Part shown: piece by piece, positions 55,791 through 64,000 of the stretch | How positions within the stretch are numbered: the stretch's first letter is position 1 | How the letters are laid out: every line of letters starts with the position of its first letter | Assembly: GCA_945861415.1 (NCBI GenBank) | Contig: CAMAUV010000008.1 | Span: 2,944-66,943 of the forward strand | Reading direction: 5' to 3' | DNA: 64,000 nt | Origin: Akkermansia muciniphila | Lineage (GTDB): Bacteria > Verrucomicrobiota > Verrucomicrobiia > Verrucomicrobiales > V1-33 | Translations under genes and position numbers: made by a program | The notes under the pieces: generated by a model | The model's database searches: none | What the model was told of the DNA's origin: nothing | The model's input: the letters and a program-made list of their open reading frames with translations, nothing else

Positions 55791-57911
55791 GTGAAATTAA
55801 AAACGAGTTACACCCTGCTCAGCCTGCTTGCGGCGGCACTTCCTGCCAGTGCTGTAGAACAAGTCCTCCTCGACTGGGGAGCCGATTGGGCCTACTTCCA
55901 TCCCATGAGTGATGACCCCGGCGCCGATGACGCCGCCATCCCGAACGCTGGCGACGGCGCAGCTCCTAATGCCGGACCTGATCTGATTCATACCAGCTTC
56001 GATTCAGGTCCTGGTGCATGGTTTGCTCCTGAGGCGGAGTTCATCAGTGCCACGGGCTATCAAAGTGTATTTGCCAGAGGATTTGATATTGACGGCTCCC
56101 TGACCGGGAATCCGGCCAACTACAGTTCCTACGATGGCGGGCGGGGACCGGGACCGTTTGGTTTCGGAGCTATCGTTTACTTTGCGTCTGGACCAGAATT
56201 TTTGATGTTTGGTACGACCCTGACCACTACTCCAGCCAACCGTAGGTGGGCCTCCTACTACCGCACCACGTTCACTACGACTCAGGACCATACAAAGCCA
56301 CGGGTGCGTATACTGATTGACGACAACGCGGTCATTTTCATCGACGGGGTCCTAGTCGCACGGGTCAATCGCACAAATAATCTCCTAACCTACAACGATA
56401 CCGGCAACTCTGACACCACTGCTACGAATAACGAAAACGGTAACGCTGCGGGCAACGAAGATGTCATCCAGTCCTTCCGTCTGGATCAGGCCGGTGGACC
56501 GGCTCCTTCCGCTGACTCCTTCGTCGTTGCAGTCCTCCCGAAGCTCCCTGCCGGCGAGCGCACCATCGCTGTCATGGTTCGCAATAGCGGGGGCAACAGT
56601 TCCGACAAAGTATTCGGAATGCAGTTGCTCGGCGACGACGCGGGCCTCAGCGCGGCAGTAAGCAATGTTACCAGAAACGATAATGGCACTATTCTCGACG
56701 TTTCGGATGACACCTATTCCTTCGACGTAAACGTGACCACCATTAACCTGCCTGATTCCACGACGTGGACGAGTGATGCCGCTGCGCCCAACCCCGTCAC
56801 CGGTATCTACTCGGTGTCCTCCACTTTCACCTACCCTGCTCAGGCAAACAGTGCAGCTCCGGTAAATACCAACACCATCACCTTCACAGACAGCGTCAAT
56901 ACGTTAGTGACTACTTCAGTGACCGTCACCGCCCCTGAATCTCCAAACGGTGCGCCGCTGGTGCTGGCTCCTGCCACTCCCATGTTCAGCACCGGATTCG
57001 AAGAGCCGCCGGTGACGACGCAGAACCACAACCGGAAGGTCTATCATACGGAATTGGGCTTTACTTCAACAGCCGGTTCCGGGCCGCAGTCACCAGGGGG
57101 AACCACGCTCCCGGGCGGCGTCTATCAAGACGCCGCATCAGTCACCCCAGAGACCAACAAGAGCTGGCGCGCCGTCAACGGCACCTGCGCTTTGACCACA
57201 GAGGCCATCGGCCTCGATCCCTCGGTCAAAGGTGTGCAAGTCACCATGAAGGCTCGGGCCTTTACCACCTCCGGAACCAGCTTTGAAACTGCCGACGCCA
57301 TCTCACTGGGAGTGGAAACCAGTACGGACGGCATTACATGGACACTCAGAGGCAACGTTCTGCCGATGCTCAATGGTAGCCCGGATGCCACTGCCAATCA
57401 GGCTGCTGACCGCATCGTCAACCTGCTCGGCGATGATGCCTCCAGCGTAAACAACGGGGCCTACATCACCCTCAGCCGGGAGACAGTTCCAGTTAGCGGC
57501 GGCACCTCTGTGCGCCTGCGCTACACAAATGCTGCTGACCTCTCCACCAGTGAGAACATTCTGCTCGACGACCTTAAGATCGAAATTGCCAGTGCTGATC
57601 CGGACGCAGACTCTGACAACGACGGCGCTACCAATTCACAGGAAGAGGAGTGGGGCTCCGACAGAGGCGATCCTGCATCCCGCCCTGGCTACCTTTCTCA
57701 CAGTATCCGCCCGGGAGCTAACCCGGGAGAAACAGTTCAGCGTCTGGAGTTCTCCACTGGCGGCCCATTCCACAGCTACTCGGTGCGGGCAAGTGATGAC
57801 CTTGTGACATGGGCGGACACACCACCCTACCCCGGCATTGATGACGTGCAGGTGCATGAAGATACCGGCACCGGCTCTCGCCGGTTCTTCCAAATACGGA
57901 GTAATTATTAA
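55791..57911 (+). CDS. Large secreted Thr/Asp/Asn-rich surface protein
   Basis: GTG start and signal peptide; beta-rich domains; DSDNDGATN Ca-binding-like motif; C-terminal YSVRASDDLVTW...RRFFQIR tail. Confidence 0.85.
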   Translation: MKLKTSYTLLSLLAAALPASAVEQVLLDWGADWAYFHPMSDDPGADDAAIPNAGDGAAPNAGPDLIHTSFDSGPGAWFAPEAEFISATGYQSVFARGFDIDGSLTGNPANYSSYDGGRGPGPFGFGAIVYFASGPEFLMFGTTLTTTPANRRWASYYRTTFTTTQDHTKPRVRILIDDNAVIFIDGVLVARVNRTNNLLTYNDTGNSDTTATNNENGNAAGNEDVIQSFRLDQAGGPAPSADSFVVAVLPKLPAGERTIAVMVRNSGGNSSDKVFGMQLLGDDAGLSAAVSNVTRNDNGTILDVSDDTYSFDVNVTTINLPDSTTWTSDAAAPNPVTGIYSVSSTFTYPAQANSAAPVNTNTITFTDSVNTLVTTSVTVTAPESPNGAPLVLAPATPMFSTGFEEPPVTTQNHNRKVYHTELGFTSTAGSGPQSPGGTTLPGGVYQDAASVTPETNKSWRAVNGTCALTTEAIGLDPSVKGVQVTMKARAFTTSGTSFETADAISLGVETSTDGITWTLRGNVLPMLNGSPDATANQAADRIVNLLGDDASSVNNGAYITLSRETVPVSGGTSVRLRYTNAADLSTSENILLDDLKIEIASADPDADSDNDGATNSQEEEWGSDRGDPASRPGYLSHSIRPGANPGETVQRLEFSTGGPFHSYSVRASDDLVTWADTPPYPGIDDVQVHEDTGTGSRRFFQIRSNY

Positions 57912-57943
57912 GCTCCCCTAGCTCCTCAGACTCAAACGAATGA

Positions 57944-57977
57944 CCGGAATCCCCAGAAGATTCCGGCTATTTTCTTT
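57944..57977 (+). terminator. Rho-independent terminator
   Basis: CCGGAATC / GATTCCGG stem followed by CTATTTTCTTT. Confidence 0.6.
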
Positions 57978-58185
57978 GATCTCACCGCGCAGTCTCCAAA
58001 CCTCAAAACAGGTTTGAGGGGATTTTCGGTCTTCGTCATTCTGCATTCCAGGCGCAGCCTATATAATTTAGACGCGTCTCGTGGTTCCGGCTGCGCCGGG
58101 CTATGGATTCACTCCTTTGGAGAGCCTCGCCGGCAGGAATTCCGCTAGGCATCCGTAGTCTTACCGCCAAGACTTAGCCTCAGCC

Positions 58186-58799
58186 TCACCGCGAGGTTAA
58201 GACCAGCCACAGGACTTCCTCCGGCGTTTCCACCGTCTCCGCGCTAACGGACAGCCCCATGGCCGACGCCTTATCTGCATGCGCAACTGGTTACAGCCCC
58301 TGCAAAAGATAAACCTTCGGCCACCCAAAGCAGATCCCCTGCCCCGCCCCCCGCGACAGCACTGTCCTCGCCAAGCGCCGGTCGCAGGGCGTTTCCGGAG
58401 TTTCATGATCGCGCGGTTCTAGTATGTTTCGCCGCCCACGTTCTAGCGCGTCCATGCAGACAATCGTTTTGCCGCTTGCCTGCTTCTGCGTATTGTTGCG
58501 CTTCCATTTCTTCACGAGGAAATGCTTAAGAAACGCCAGCAGACATGAACGGAACATGCCCTTCTGCGGAGCCACCGCGGCGAGTGAATCATCCGCCAAA
58601 ATCTGCGAAAAGAATTCCTGCGTCAGGTCCTGCGCCTCATGCAGACTGTAGGCCGACCGGCGCACATTTGCATGCAACGGGGGCCAGTAGGCAGGGCACA
58701 ACTTTTCCAACCCCTCCGCGCTGCTATCCGTCCACCGTCCCGCCGCCAGCAGTATCGCGCGTAGTCGAAGGTGGTCGCGAACAGTCCACCCCTAGGCAT
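58186..58799 (-). pseudogene. ECF sigma factor pseudogene
   Basis: MPRGGLFATT, then a frameshift into AILLAAG...LEKLCPAYWPPLHANVRR...AQDLTQEFF...KGMFRSCLLA...TPE; in-frame TAA at 58291; region 4 eroded. Confidence 0.8.
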
Positions 58800-58838
58800 A
58801 ATCCGCGAATTCGCCGGATGAAAAAAGGAAATCCATGC

Positions 58839-59807
58839 TCACCCCTCCACTGGCCAACGCTTCTGCTTCAGCGCGAAAACGAGAAACACCGCCCCTATGA
58901 GGATCATGAACGTCGAGTAAAACTGTCCCTCCGTCAGCCCCGCGATGTAAGCATCCGGTTCGCGGAACTGCTCGCCGAAAATCCGGAACGCAGCGTAGAG
59001 CAGAAAAAAGAGCGCGGTCAGCAGCCCGTGCGGCGCCCGCGGCCATTTCTCCCGCACGATGAACAGGATCAAAAAAAGGGCCACCCCTTCCAGGGCCGCC
59101 GCATAAAGCTGCGACGGATGCCGCGACGTTAGAAGCGGTTCCAACCGCGTCGCAAACTCATCATTTTCAAGCACCAGCCGTCCCAGCGAGCCATCGCCCC
59201 CGCCGAACTCATCCAGCAGCGTGCGAATCCCAATTGCCCGGTCGAGATCCTCCGGCCGGGCAGAATTGAGCAGCCGCTCCGCCTCATCCGGAAACTTCAT
59301 CGCCCACGACACATCTGTCGCCCGCCCGTAGAGCTCCCCATTAACGAAATTGGCCATACGCCCGGCAAACAGCCCCACCGGTGCTGCCACCACCAGATTG
59401 TCCCCCAGCCCCGTCCACGACGCCTTGCGCGTCCTGGCCCAGTAGAGCGTGAAAAAGAAAAGCCCGATAATTCCCCCGTGGCTGGCCATTCCGCCTTTCC
59501 ATACCTTTACCCACCACCACGGGTCACTGTTTTCCTCCCGTATTCCGTAGAGCAGCGCCCAGCCCAGCCTTCCCCCCAGTAGCACCCCAAACAGCGCGGC
59601 ATAGGTAATGAAATCCGCCACCTCTTTCTCCTTCAGTCCTCCCACACCCCTCCGCGCCCAGCGCCGAAGCAGCCAAAAGCCCGCAAGAAACCCCAGCACG
59701 TAGGCGAGCCCATACCAGCGCAGTTGGAGGCTATCGTTAAACCGGATGATCACCGGATCGAACCGGTGGATGGAAGCAAGAAGCGAGAACACTCTACTCC
59801 CTGCCAT
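58839..59807 (-). CDS. lgt: Prolipoprotein diacylglyceryl transferase
   Basis: RWYGLAY, GGRLG, WKGGMASHGG, GRMANFVNGELYGR, RHPSQLY and EQFREPD. Confidence 0.96.
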   Translation of the reverse strand: MAGSRVFSLLASIHRFDPVIIRFNDSLQLRWYGLAYVLGFLAGFWLLRRWARRGVGGLKEKEVADFITYAALFGVLLGGRLGWALLYGIREENSDPWWWVKVWKGGMASHGGIIGLFFFTLYWARTRKASWTGLGDNLVVAAPVGLFAGRMANFVNGELYGRATDVSWAMKFPDEAERLLNSARPEDLDRAIGIRTLLDEFGGGDGSLGRLVLENDEFATRLEPLLTSRHPSQLYAAALEGVALFLILFIVREKWPRAPHGLLTALFFLLYAAFRIFGEQFREPDAYIAGLTEGQFYSTFMILIGAVFLVFALKQKRWPVEG

Positions 59808-60343
59808 ACCCCCATCGCCACGGCAACCGTGAGGTATTGCGCCCAAAACCACAAAAGAACCCAACGTGACAAGCCTCCCGAACCAGCAACCAGCGTCGCA
59901 CCACCGCCTTTGGCGGCCTTTGAGCAGGGGGAGTAGAGGTTTCAGGGCCGAAGTGGCTGCACTACAGTTCCCAGTCTTTTCGGTATTCTTTGATCCAGAG
60001 GGTTTCGAATTCTCTGGAGGCTGTGGCGAGTTTGCTAGCGATGGGGTCCACATGGACGGTGCCCGTGGTGCACAAGGCGATCTTGCCCATGTGCCAGAGG
60101 AGAGGAGGCGCTGCCCTTCTTAGGCCGGGCAGTGGAGCGCGATTCCGGTGCGGATGGTATCGGCGGGATTTTGGCTGCTGCGGCACTTCGGTGAACGCGG
60201 GCCCGTCATTATGAATTTCTTTTCCACCGGCCGCGTCAGCGATTTCGCAACAAACCGCGGGCGGAATTGATGGCCATGCTCGACTCCAGTGAGATGGCAG
60301 ACGAAGAAATGACCACCTCTTTACCGCGCTGGTATAAAGCTTT

Positions 60344-60769
60344 TTAGCTACGGCCTTCTTCGGCGTCCATGAGTTGGAAGAATGTGACAATGTCTTCGCG
60401 GTGAGCGAGACCGGCATCTGCTTTTTGTTTTGCCAAACCAGCGCTGGCGGGGTCGTTCCATCCGCGCTTTTGCATGAAGGCGTTCCAGACTTCGATCTGC
60501 TCCGCATCCGGACGGCGACCGGTAGTGAAACACCACTCGAGCATATCTTCATCTGTTCCGCCCTCCAACATACGGCGCGTGAGGTCTTCAAAGGCTACAT
60601 TGAGAAAACGACACACCCGGTCATCAAACGTGCGGCTGCCGGGGAGAAATCCGAGATGGTATCCGGCAGGTAGTTTACCTTCAGCATGGAGGCGGATCTT
60701 ATCAAGGATTCGACCGAAAATGACAATGTCACCGACGGTGACCCCGGGACTGCGAAGAGGAAAAGACAT
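60344..60769 (-). CDS. DUF5069 family protein
   Basis: LRSP...VGDIVIFGRILDKIRLHAEGKLP-Y...FD...FL...D-EE pattern. Confidence 0.8.
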   Translation of the reverse strand: MSFPLRSPGVTVGDIVIFGRILDKIRLHAEGKLPAGYHLGFLPGSRTFDDRVCRFLNVAFEDLTRRMLEGGTDEDMLEWCFTTGRRPDAEQIEVWNAFMQKRGWNDPASAGLAKQKADAGLAHREDIVTFFQLMDAEEGRS

Positions 60770-60928
60770 GCGCCTTCACTGCCTTGTGCAGTCGATTAGT
60801 CCAGCCGGAAATCCTCTGTGCCGCGGGACGTGGCCATATGTCGATTGAGAGAGCGGCCCTTCGCGTTTGACGGTGCCGGAGAATGCACCCAACTGCTGGA
60901 CAATCTTTTTACCTAACGACCCAAGAAA

Positions 60929-61708
60929 ATGCGCAAACCGATCATCGCCGCCAATTGGAAGATGCACAAAACCCCGACTGAGACGGCGGAGTTTTTGAAG
61001 AGCTTCAGCGCCTTGGCCAGGGGCGAAGATCGTGTCGATATTGTGGTCGCGCCTCCCTTCATCAGCCTTGCCGCCGCCAGCGCAGCCCTAACGAACAATG
61101 ACGGCATCCGACTGGGCGCCCAGAACATGCACTATGAACAGAGCGGTGCCTTCACCGGCGAGATCAGTCCGCTCATGTTGCGGGAAATGCTCATCACTTA
61201 CGTGATCCTTGGCCACAGCGAGCGCCGCACTATTTTCGGCGAGTCCGATGACATCATTAACCGGAAAGTGCTGGCCGCCCTGACTTACAAGCTTCGCCCA
61301 ATCCTCTGCGTTGGAGAAACCCTCGAAGAGCGCGACGGTGATAAGATCGAGCAGATACTCACCACGCAGCTCACAGGCGGCCTTGCAGGCGTGACTGCCG
61401 ATCAGTTGTCCAGCCTCGTCATCGCCTACGAACCCGTCTGGGCTATCGGCACCGGACGCACCGCCTCGCCGGAACAAGCGCAGGAGGCCCACGCGTTTAT
61501 CCGCAAGGTGCTCACCGATCTCTACGACGCGGAGACGGCTCGCCGCATGCGTATCCAATACGGCGGCAGTGTGAAGCCTAGCAATATGGCCGAGCTTTGC
61601 GCACAGCCGGATGTGGACGGTGCACTGGTTGGCGGCGCGAGCCTTGAAAGCGGTAGTTTCTGGGAAATCTGCCGTGCGGCGGCAGAGTCCCGCGGCGGCG
61701 GAGAATAA
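60929..61708 (+). CDS. tpiA: Triosephosphate isomerase
   Basis: ANWKM, GAQN, GAFTGE, GHSERR, AYEPVWAIGTG, YGGSVK and LVGGASL. Confidence 0.98.
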   Translation: MRKPIIAANWKMHKTPTETAEFLKSFSALARGEDRVDIVVAPPFISLAAASAALTNNDGIRLGAQNMHYEQSGAFTGEISPLMLREMLITYVILGHSERRTIFGESDDIINRKVLAALTYKLRPILCVGETLEERDGDKIEQILTTQLTGGLAGVTADQLSSLVIAYEPVWAIGTGRTASPEQAQEAHAFIRKVLTDLYDAETARRMRIQYGGSVKPSNMAELCAQPDVDGALVGGASLESGSFWEICRAAAESRGGGE

Positions 61709-61734
61709 GGAGCAACTTTCGCTTTCAAAAGATC

Positions 61735-61772
61735 AAAAAGAAGGACGCCCGTGCGGGCGCCTTCTTCGTTTT
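61735..61772. terminator. Bidirectional terminator between tpiA and the peroxiredoxin gene
   Basis: AAGAAGG-A-CGCCCG / CGGGCG-CCTTCTT hairpin with an A-tract before and a T-tract after. Confidence 0.6.
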
Positions 61773-61800
61773 AATGGAAAAATCTCCGTCGGCTGGGGCC

Positions 61801-62289
61801 TTACTGCAGTTCAACCAGCTTGGCCTTGATGGCTGCGAAGTCAGGCAGTGTGCCGGGGCTGTCGTGGGACTCGCTGTATTGAATCACTCCGTTTTTGTCG
61901 ACGACGAAAGCACTACGCTTGGCCACACCAGCCTGGCCGAGGTTTTTCTCAGGCAGGAAGGCATCATAGGCGATGTCGTAGGCACGGGCAACGCTGTGAT
62001 CGTAGTCGCTAAGCAGGGTGACGGTGATGTTTTCTTTTTCCGCCCATGCCTTCTGAGCGAAAGGATTGTCGCCGCTGATGGCGAGGACGCGGGCATTGAG
62101 TGCGTTGAATTCATTGAGGCCGCCCGAGATTTCGCAAAGTTCCTTAGTGCAGACGCCGGTGAAAGCCATGGGCACAAAGAGGAGGACGGTGTTCATCTCG
62201 CTGCCGCTGAGCGTGACGTATTCCGGGCCGGAGGCGCCGAGGGTGGTGAGCTTGAAATCAGGGGCGGTGGTGCCGGTTGCGAGAGCCAT
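61801..62289 (-). CDS. Peroxiredoxin (AhpC/TSA family, AhpE/BCP-like)
   Basis: APDF, PxxxTxxC motif (PMAFTGVCTKELC), LSD and RSAFVVD. Confidence 0.9.
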   Translation of the reverse strand: MALATGTTAPDFKLTTLGASGPEYVTLSGSEMNTVLLFVPMAFTGVCTKELCEISGGLNEFNALNARVLAISGDNPFAQKAWAEKENITVTLLSDYDHSVARAYDIAYDAFLPEKNLGQAGVAKRSAFVVDKNGVIQYSESHDSPGTLPDFAAIKAKLVELQ

Positions 62290-62364
62290 AGTAGTTGAGG
62301 GATGAGTTGGTGTTTAGTTGTGTCGGGAAAGACGGGGCGCTTCTAGAGGGCAGGCTTCCGCTGG

Positions 62365-63459
62365 TCAATGGAGGAACGGCGGGCAAACGCCTGCGGCTTT
62401 AGCCTGCCGAAGTTCCAATTCCGCAATAGCCCATGCGGCATGTTCTGAGATTAGCGGATCCGGGTCTGCCGCAGCGGTTCGGAGGGCTGGTAAATCGTCG
62501 GTAGTGCCTGTATTGCCGAGCGCGATGCATACGTTCCGCAGGAAGCCCGGACGGCGGATGCGCTTGATAGGCGAGTGCCGGAAGAGCGCACGAAAGCCTT
62601 CCTCGTCGAGGCTCAAAAACTCACGCAGTGTCCATCCGGCCACGAACGGGCGGGCGGCGAAGGCCGTTTCGCGGGAGTCGCGGGCAAAGCGATTCCATGG
62701 GCACACATCAAGGCAGTCATCGCAGCCATAGATGCGGTCACCCATAGCGCGCCGGAATTCGTGCGGGATGGATCCGCGGTGCTCAATGGTGAGATAGGAA
62801 ATGCAGCGCCGGGCATCGACATGTCGCGGTTCCGTAATGGCCTGCGTAGGGCATGCGGCGATGCAGCGCGTGCAACTGCCGCAGTGGTCCCGGGACGGCG
62901 CATCCGGTGCGAGCGCGAGGGTAGTGATGATTTCTCCCAGAAAGGTCCACGTGCCCAGCTTCCGATGAATCTGCACGGTGCTTTTGCCATTCCAGCCAAT
63001 GCCAGCGGCGCTGGCCCACGAACGCTCCAGCACCGGGCCAGTGTCCACGTAAAGCCGCTGGGTGCCGCCCATGTCCTCCATCACGGCGCAGAGGTCGCGC
63101 AGCCTAGTATTGAGGAGGTCGTGGTAGTCGTCCCCCCATGCGTAGCGTGCGATGCGCCCGCGCACACCAGCTTCCGCCGGACGCGGCTGCGGGGCCGGGG
63201 AATGGTAGTTAATCGCGACGACCACCACGGAGCGTGCGCCAGGCAACACTTCGCGCGGATCCATGCGCCGGTGCGGGGTTTTTGCCATCCATGTCATGTC
63301 GCCGTGCTCACCCGCGGCTATCCATTGCGCAAAAGCCCCGTGATGTGGAGCCGGGCCAGTGATTTCCGCGATACGGCAATCATCCAGTCCCAGTGCGGCC
63401 GCAACACTTTTCAAGTGGGCAGCGGCAGCTTCCGGCGCCAGCGGTGAATCACTGCTCAT
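62365..63459 (-). CDS. queG: tRNA epoxyqueuosine reductase
   Basis: IARYAWGDDYH, VDTGPVLER, GIGWNGK, CGSCTRCIAACPT, CISYLTIE and GCDDCLDVCPWN. Confidence 0.95.
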   Translation of the reverse strand: MSSDSPLAPEAAAAHLKSVAAALGLDDCRIAEITGPAPHHGAFAQWIAAGEHGDMTWMAKTPHRRMDPREVLPGARSVVVVAINYHSPAPQPRPAEAGVRGRIARYAWGDDYHDLLNTRLRDLCAVMEDMGGTQRLYVDTGPVLERSWASAAGIGWNGKSTVQIHRKLGTWTFLGEIITTLALAPDAPSRDHCGSCTRCIAACPTQAITEPRHVDARRCISYLTIEHRGSIPHEFRRAMGDRIYGCDDCLDVCPWNRFARDSRETAFAARPFVAGWTLREFLSLDEEGFRALFRHSPIKRIRRPGFLRNVCIALGNTGTTDDLPALRTAAADPDPLISEHAAWAIAELELRQAKAAGVCPPFLH

Positions 63460-63555
63460 GAATGGCTGCGAATGTCCGGAAAGCAAAACTCCCGGAGCGC
63501 TACGGTCCCTGCGGGATGAGCTTCTCCGGGAGCCATGAGTATTCAGAGCGTGAGA

Positions 63556-64000
63556 TTACGCGCCCTTTTCGAAATTCGCGGCGACGGCATCCCAGTCCAC
63601 CACATTCCAAAAAGCGGTAATGTAATCCGGACGGCGGTTCTGGTAGTTGAGATAGTAGGCATGCTCCCACACGTCGCAGCCGAGAATAGGCGTGCCTTCA
63701 CAACCGGCCACAGCCTTACCCATGAGCGGGCTGTCCTGATTGGCCGTGCTGCAGACCCCGAGCTTGCCGCCCTGCACCACGAGCCATGCCCAGCCGCTGC
63801 CGAATCGGGTGGCGCCAGCCTTGGCGAACTCGGCTTTGAAATTGTCAAAGCTGCCGAACGCGGCGTCGATGGCGGCGGCGAGTTTACCGGAGGGAGCGCC
63901 GCCTTTGCCAGGAGCCATGACACTCCAGAAAAATGTGTGGTTCACGTGACCTCCCGCGTTGTTGCGCACGGCCCCGCGAATACCCTCGGGCACCGCGCTC
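63556..64000 (-). CDS. Fe/Mn superoxide dismutase (5' truncated by window edge)
   Basis: [27 protein letters not shown] and DVWEHAYY. Confidence 0.96.
   Translation of the reverse strand, partial: SAVPEGIRGAVRNNAGGHVNHTFFWSVMAPGKGGAPSGKLAAAIDAAFGSFDNFKAEFAKAGATRFGSGWAWLVVQGGKLGVCSTANQDSPLMGKAVAGCEGTPILGCDVWEHAYYLNYQNRRPDYITAFWNVVDWDAVAANFEKGA

Noticed and set aside
59962-60340. Possible small gene or remnant between DUF5069 and lgt (…FETLWIKEYRKDWEL)
   Set aside because: The 3' end looks protein-like, but there is no credible start or family match
1-64000. tRNA, rRNA, CRISPR array, prophage or intact IS element
   Set aside because: No cloverleaf, rRNA-like tract, repeat-spacer array, integrase or intact transposase was seen by eye; short RNAs could have been missed without a covariance search

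Overview
GC-rich (about 60% by eye) chromosomal window, most likely from a Verrucomicrobiota genome. This is inferred from the DUF1549/DUF1553 cytochrome c protein, DUF5069, DUF1080, RNase HIII and verrucomicrobial-style secreted proteins. It is mostly housekeeping (rnhC, rlmH, glycerate kinase, CBS-PPase, dapF/dapA, zwf, ruvB, feoAAB, thiL, tsaB, msbA-like, nuoMN, lgt, tpiA, queG, sod) plus a four-pilin/PilB cluster and a DUF3570-ApbE-DUF4266 flavinylation module. No rRNA, tRNA, CRISPR array or intact mobile element was seen. The best candidate for an undescribed system is at 12.4-15.5 kb. There a BlaI repressor and a sensor-less M56 (BlaR1-like) protease are divergent from a lipoprotein, with TGCT-N8-AGCA operator-like palindromes between them, and the short protease tail and the lipoprotein tail share the motif RLxADPF. 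Other oddities are an AI-2E transporter with an internal LysM domain, a hybrid kinase with its phospho-His replaced by Arg, a KS[HD]CGC motif in both NuoM and NuoN, an IF-1 paralog, a cysteine-less thioredoxin coupled to an amidase, and several decayed gene remnants. All family assignments come from motif recognition by eye, not database searches.
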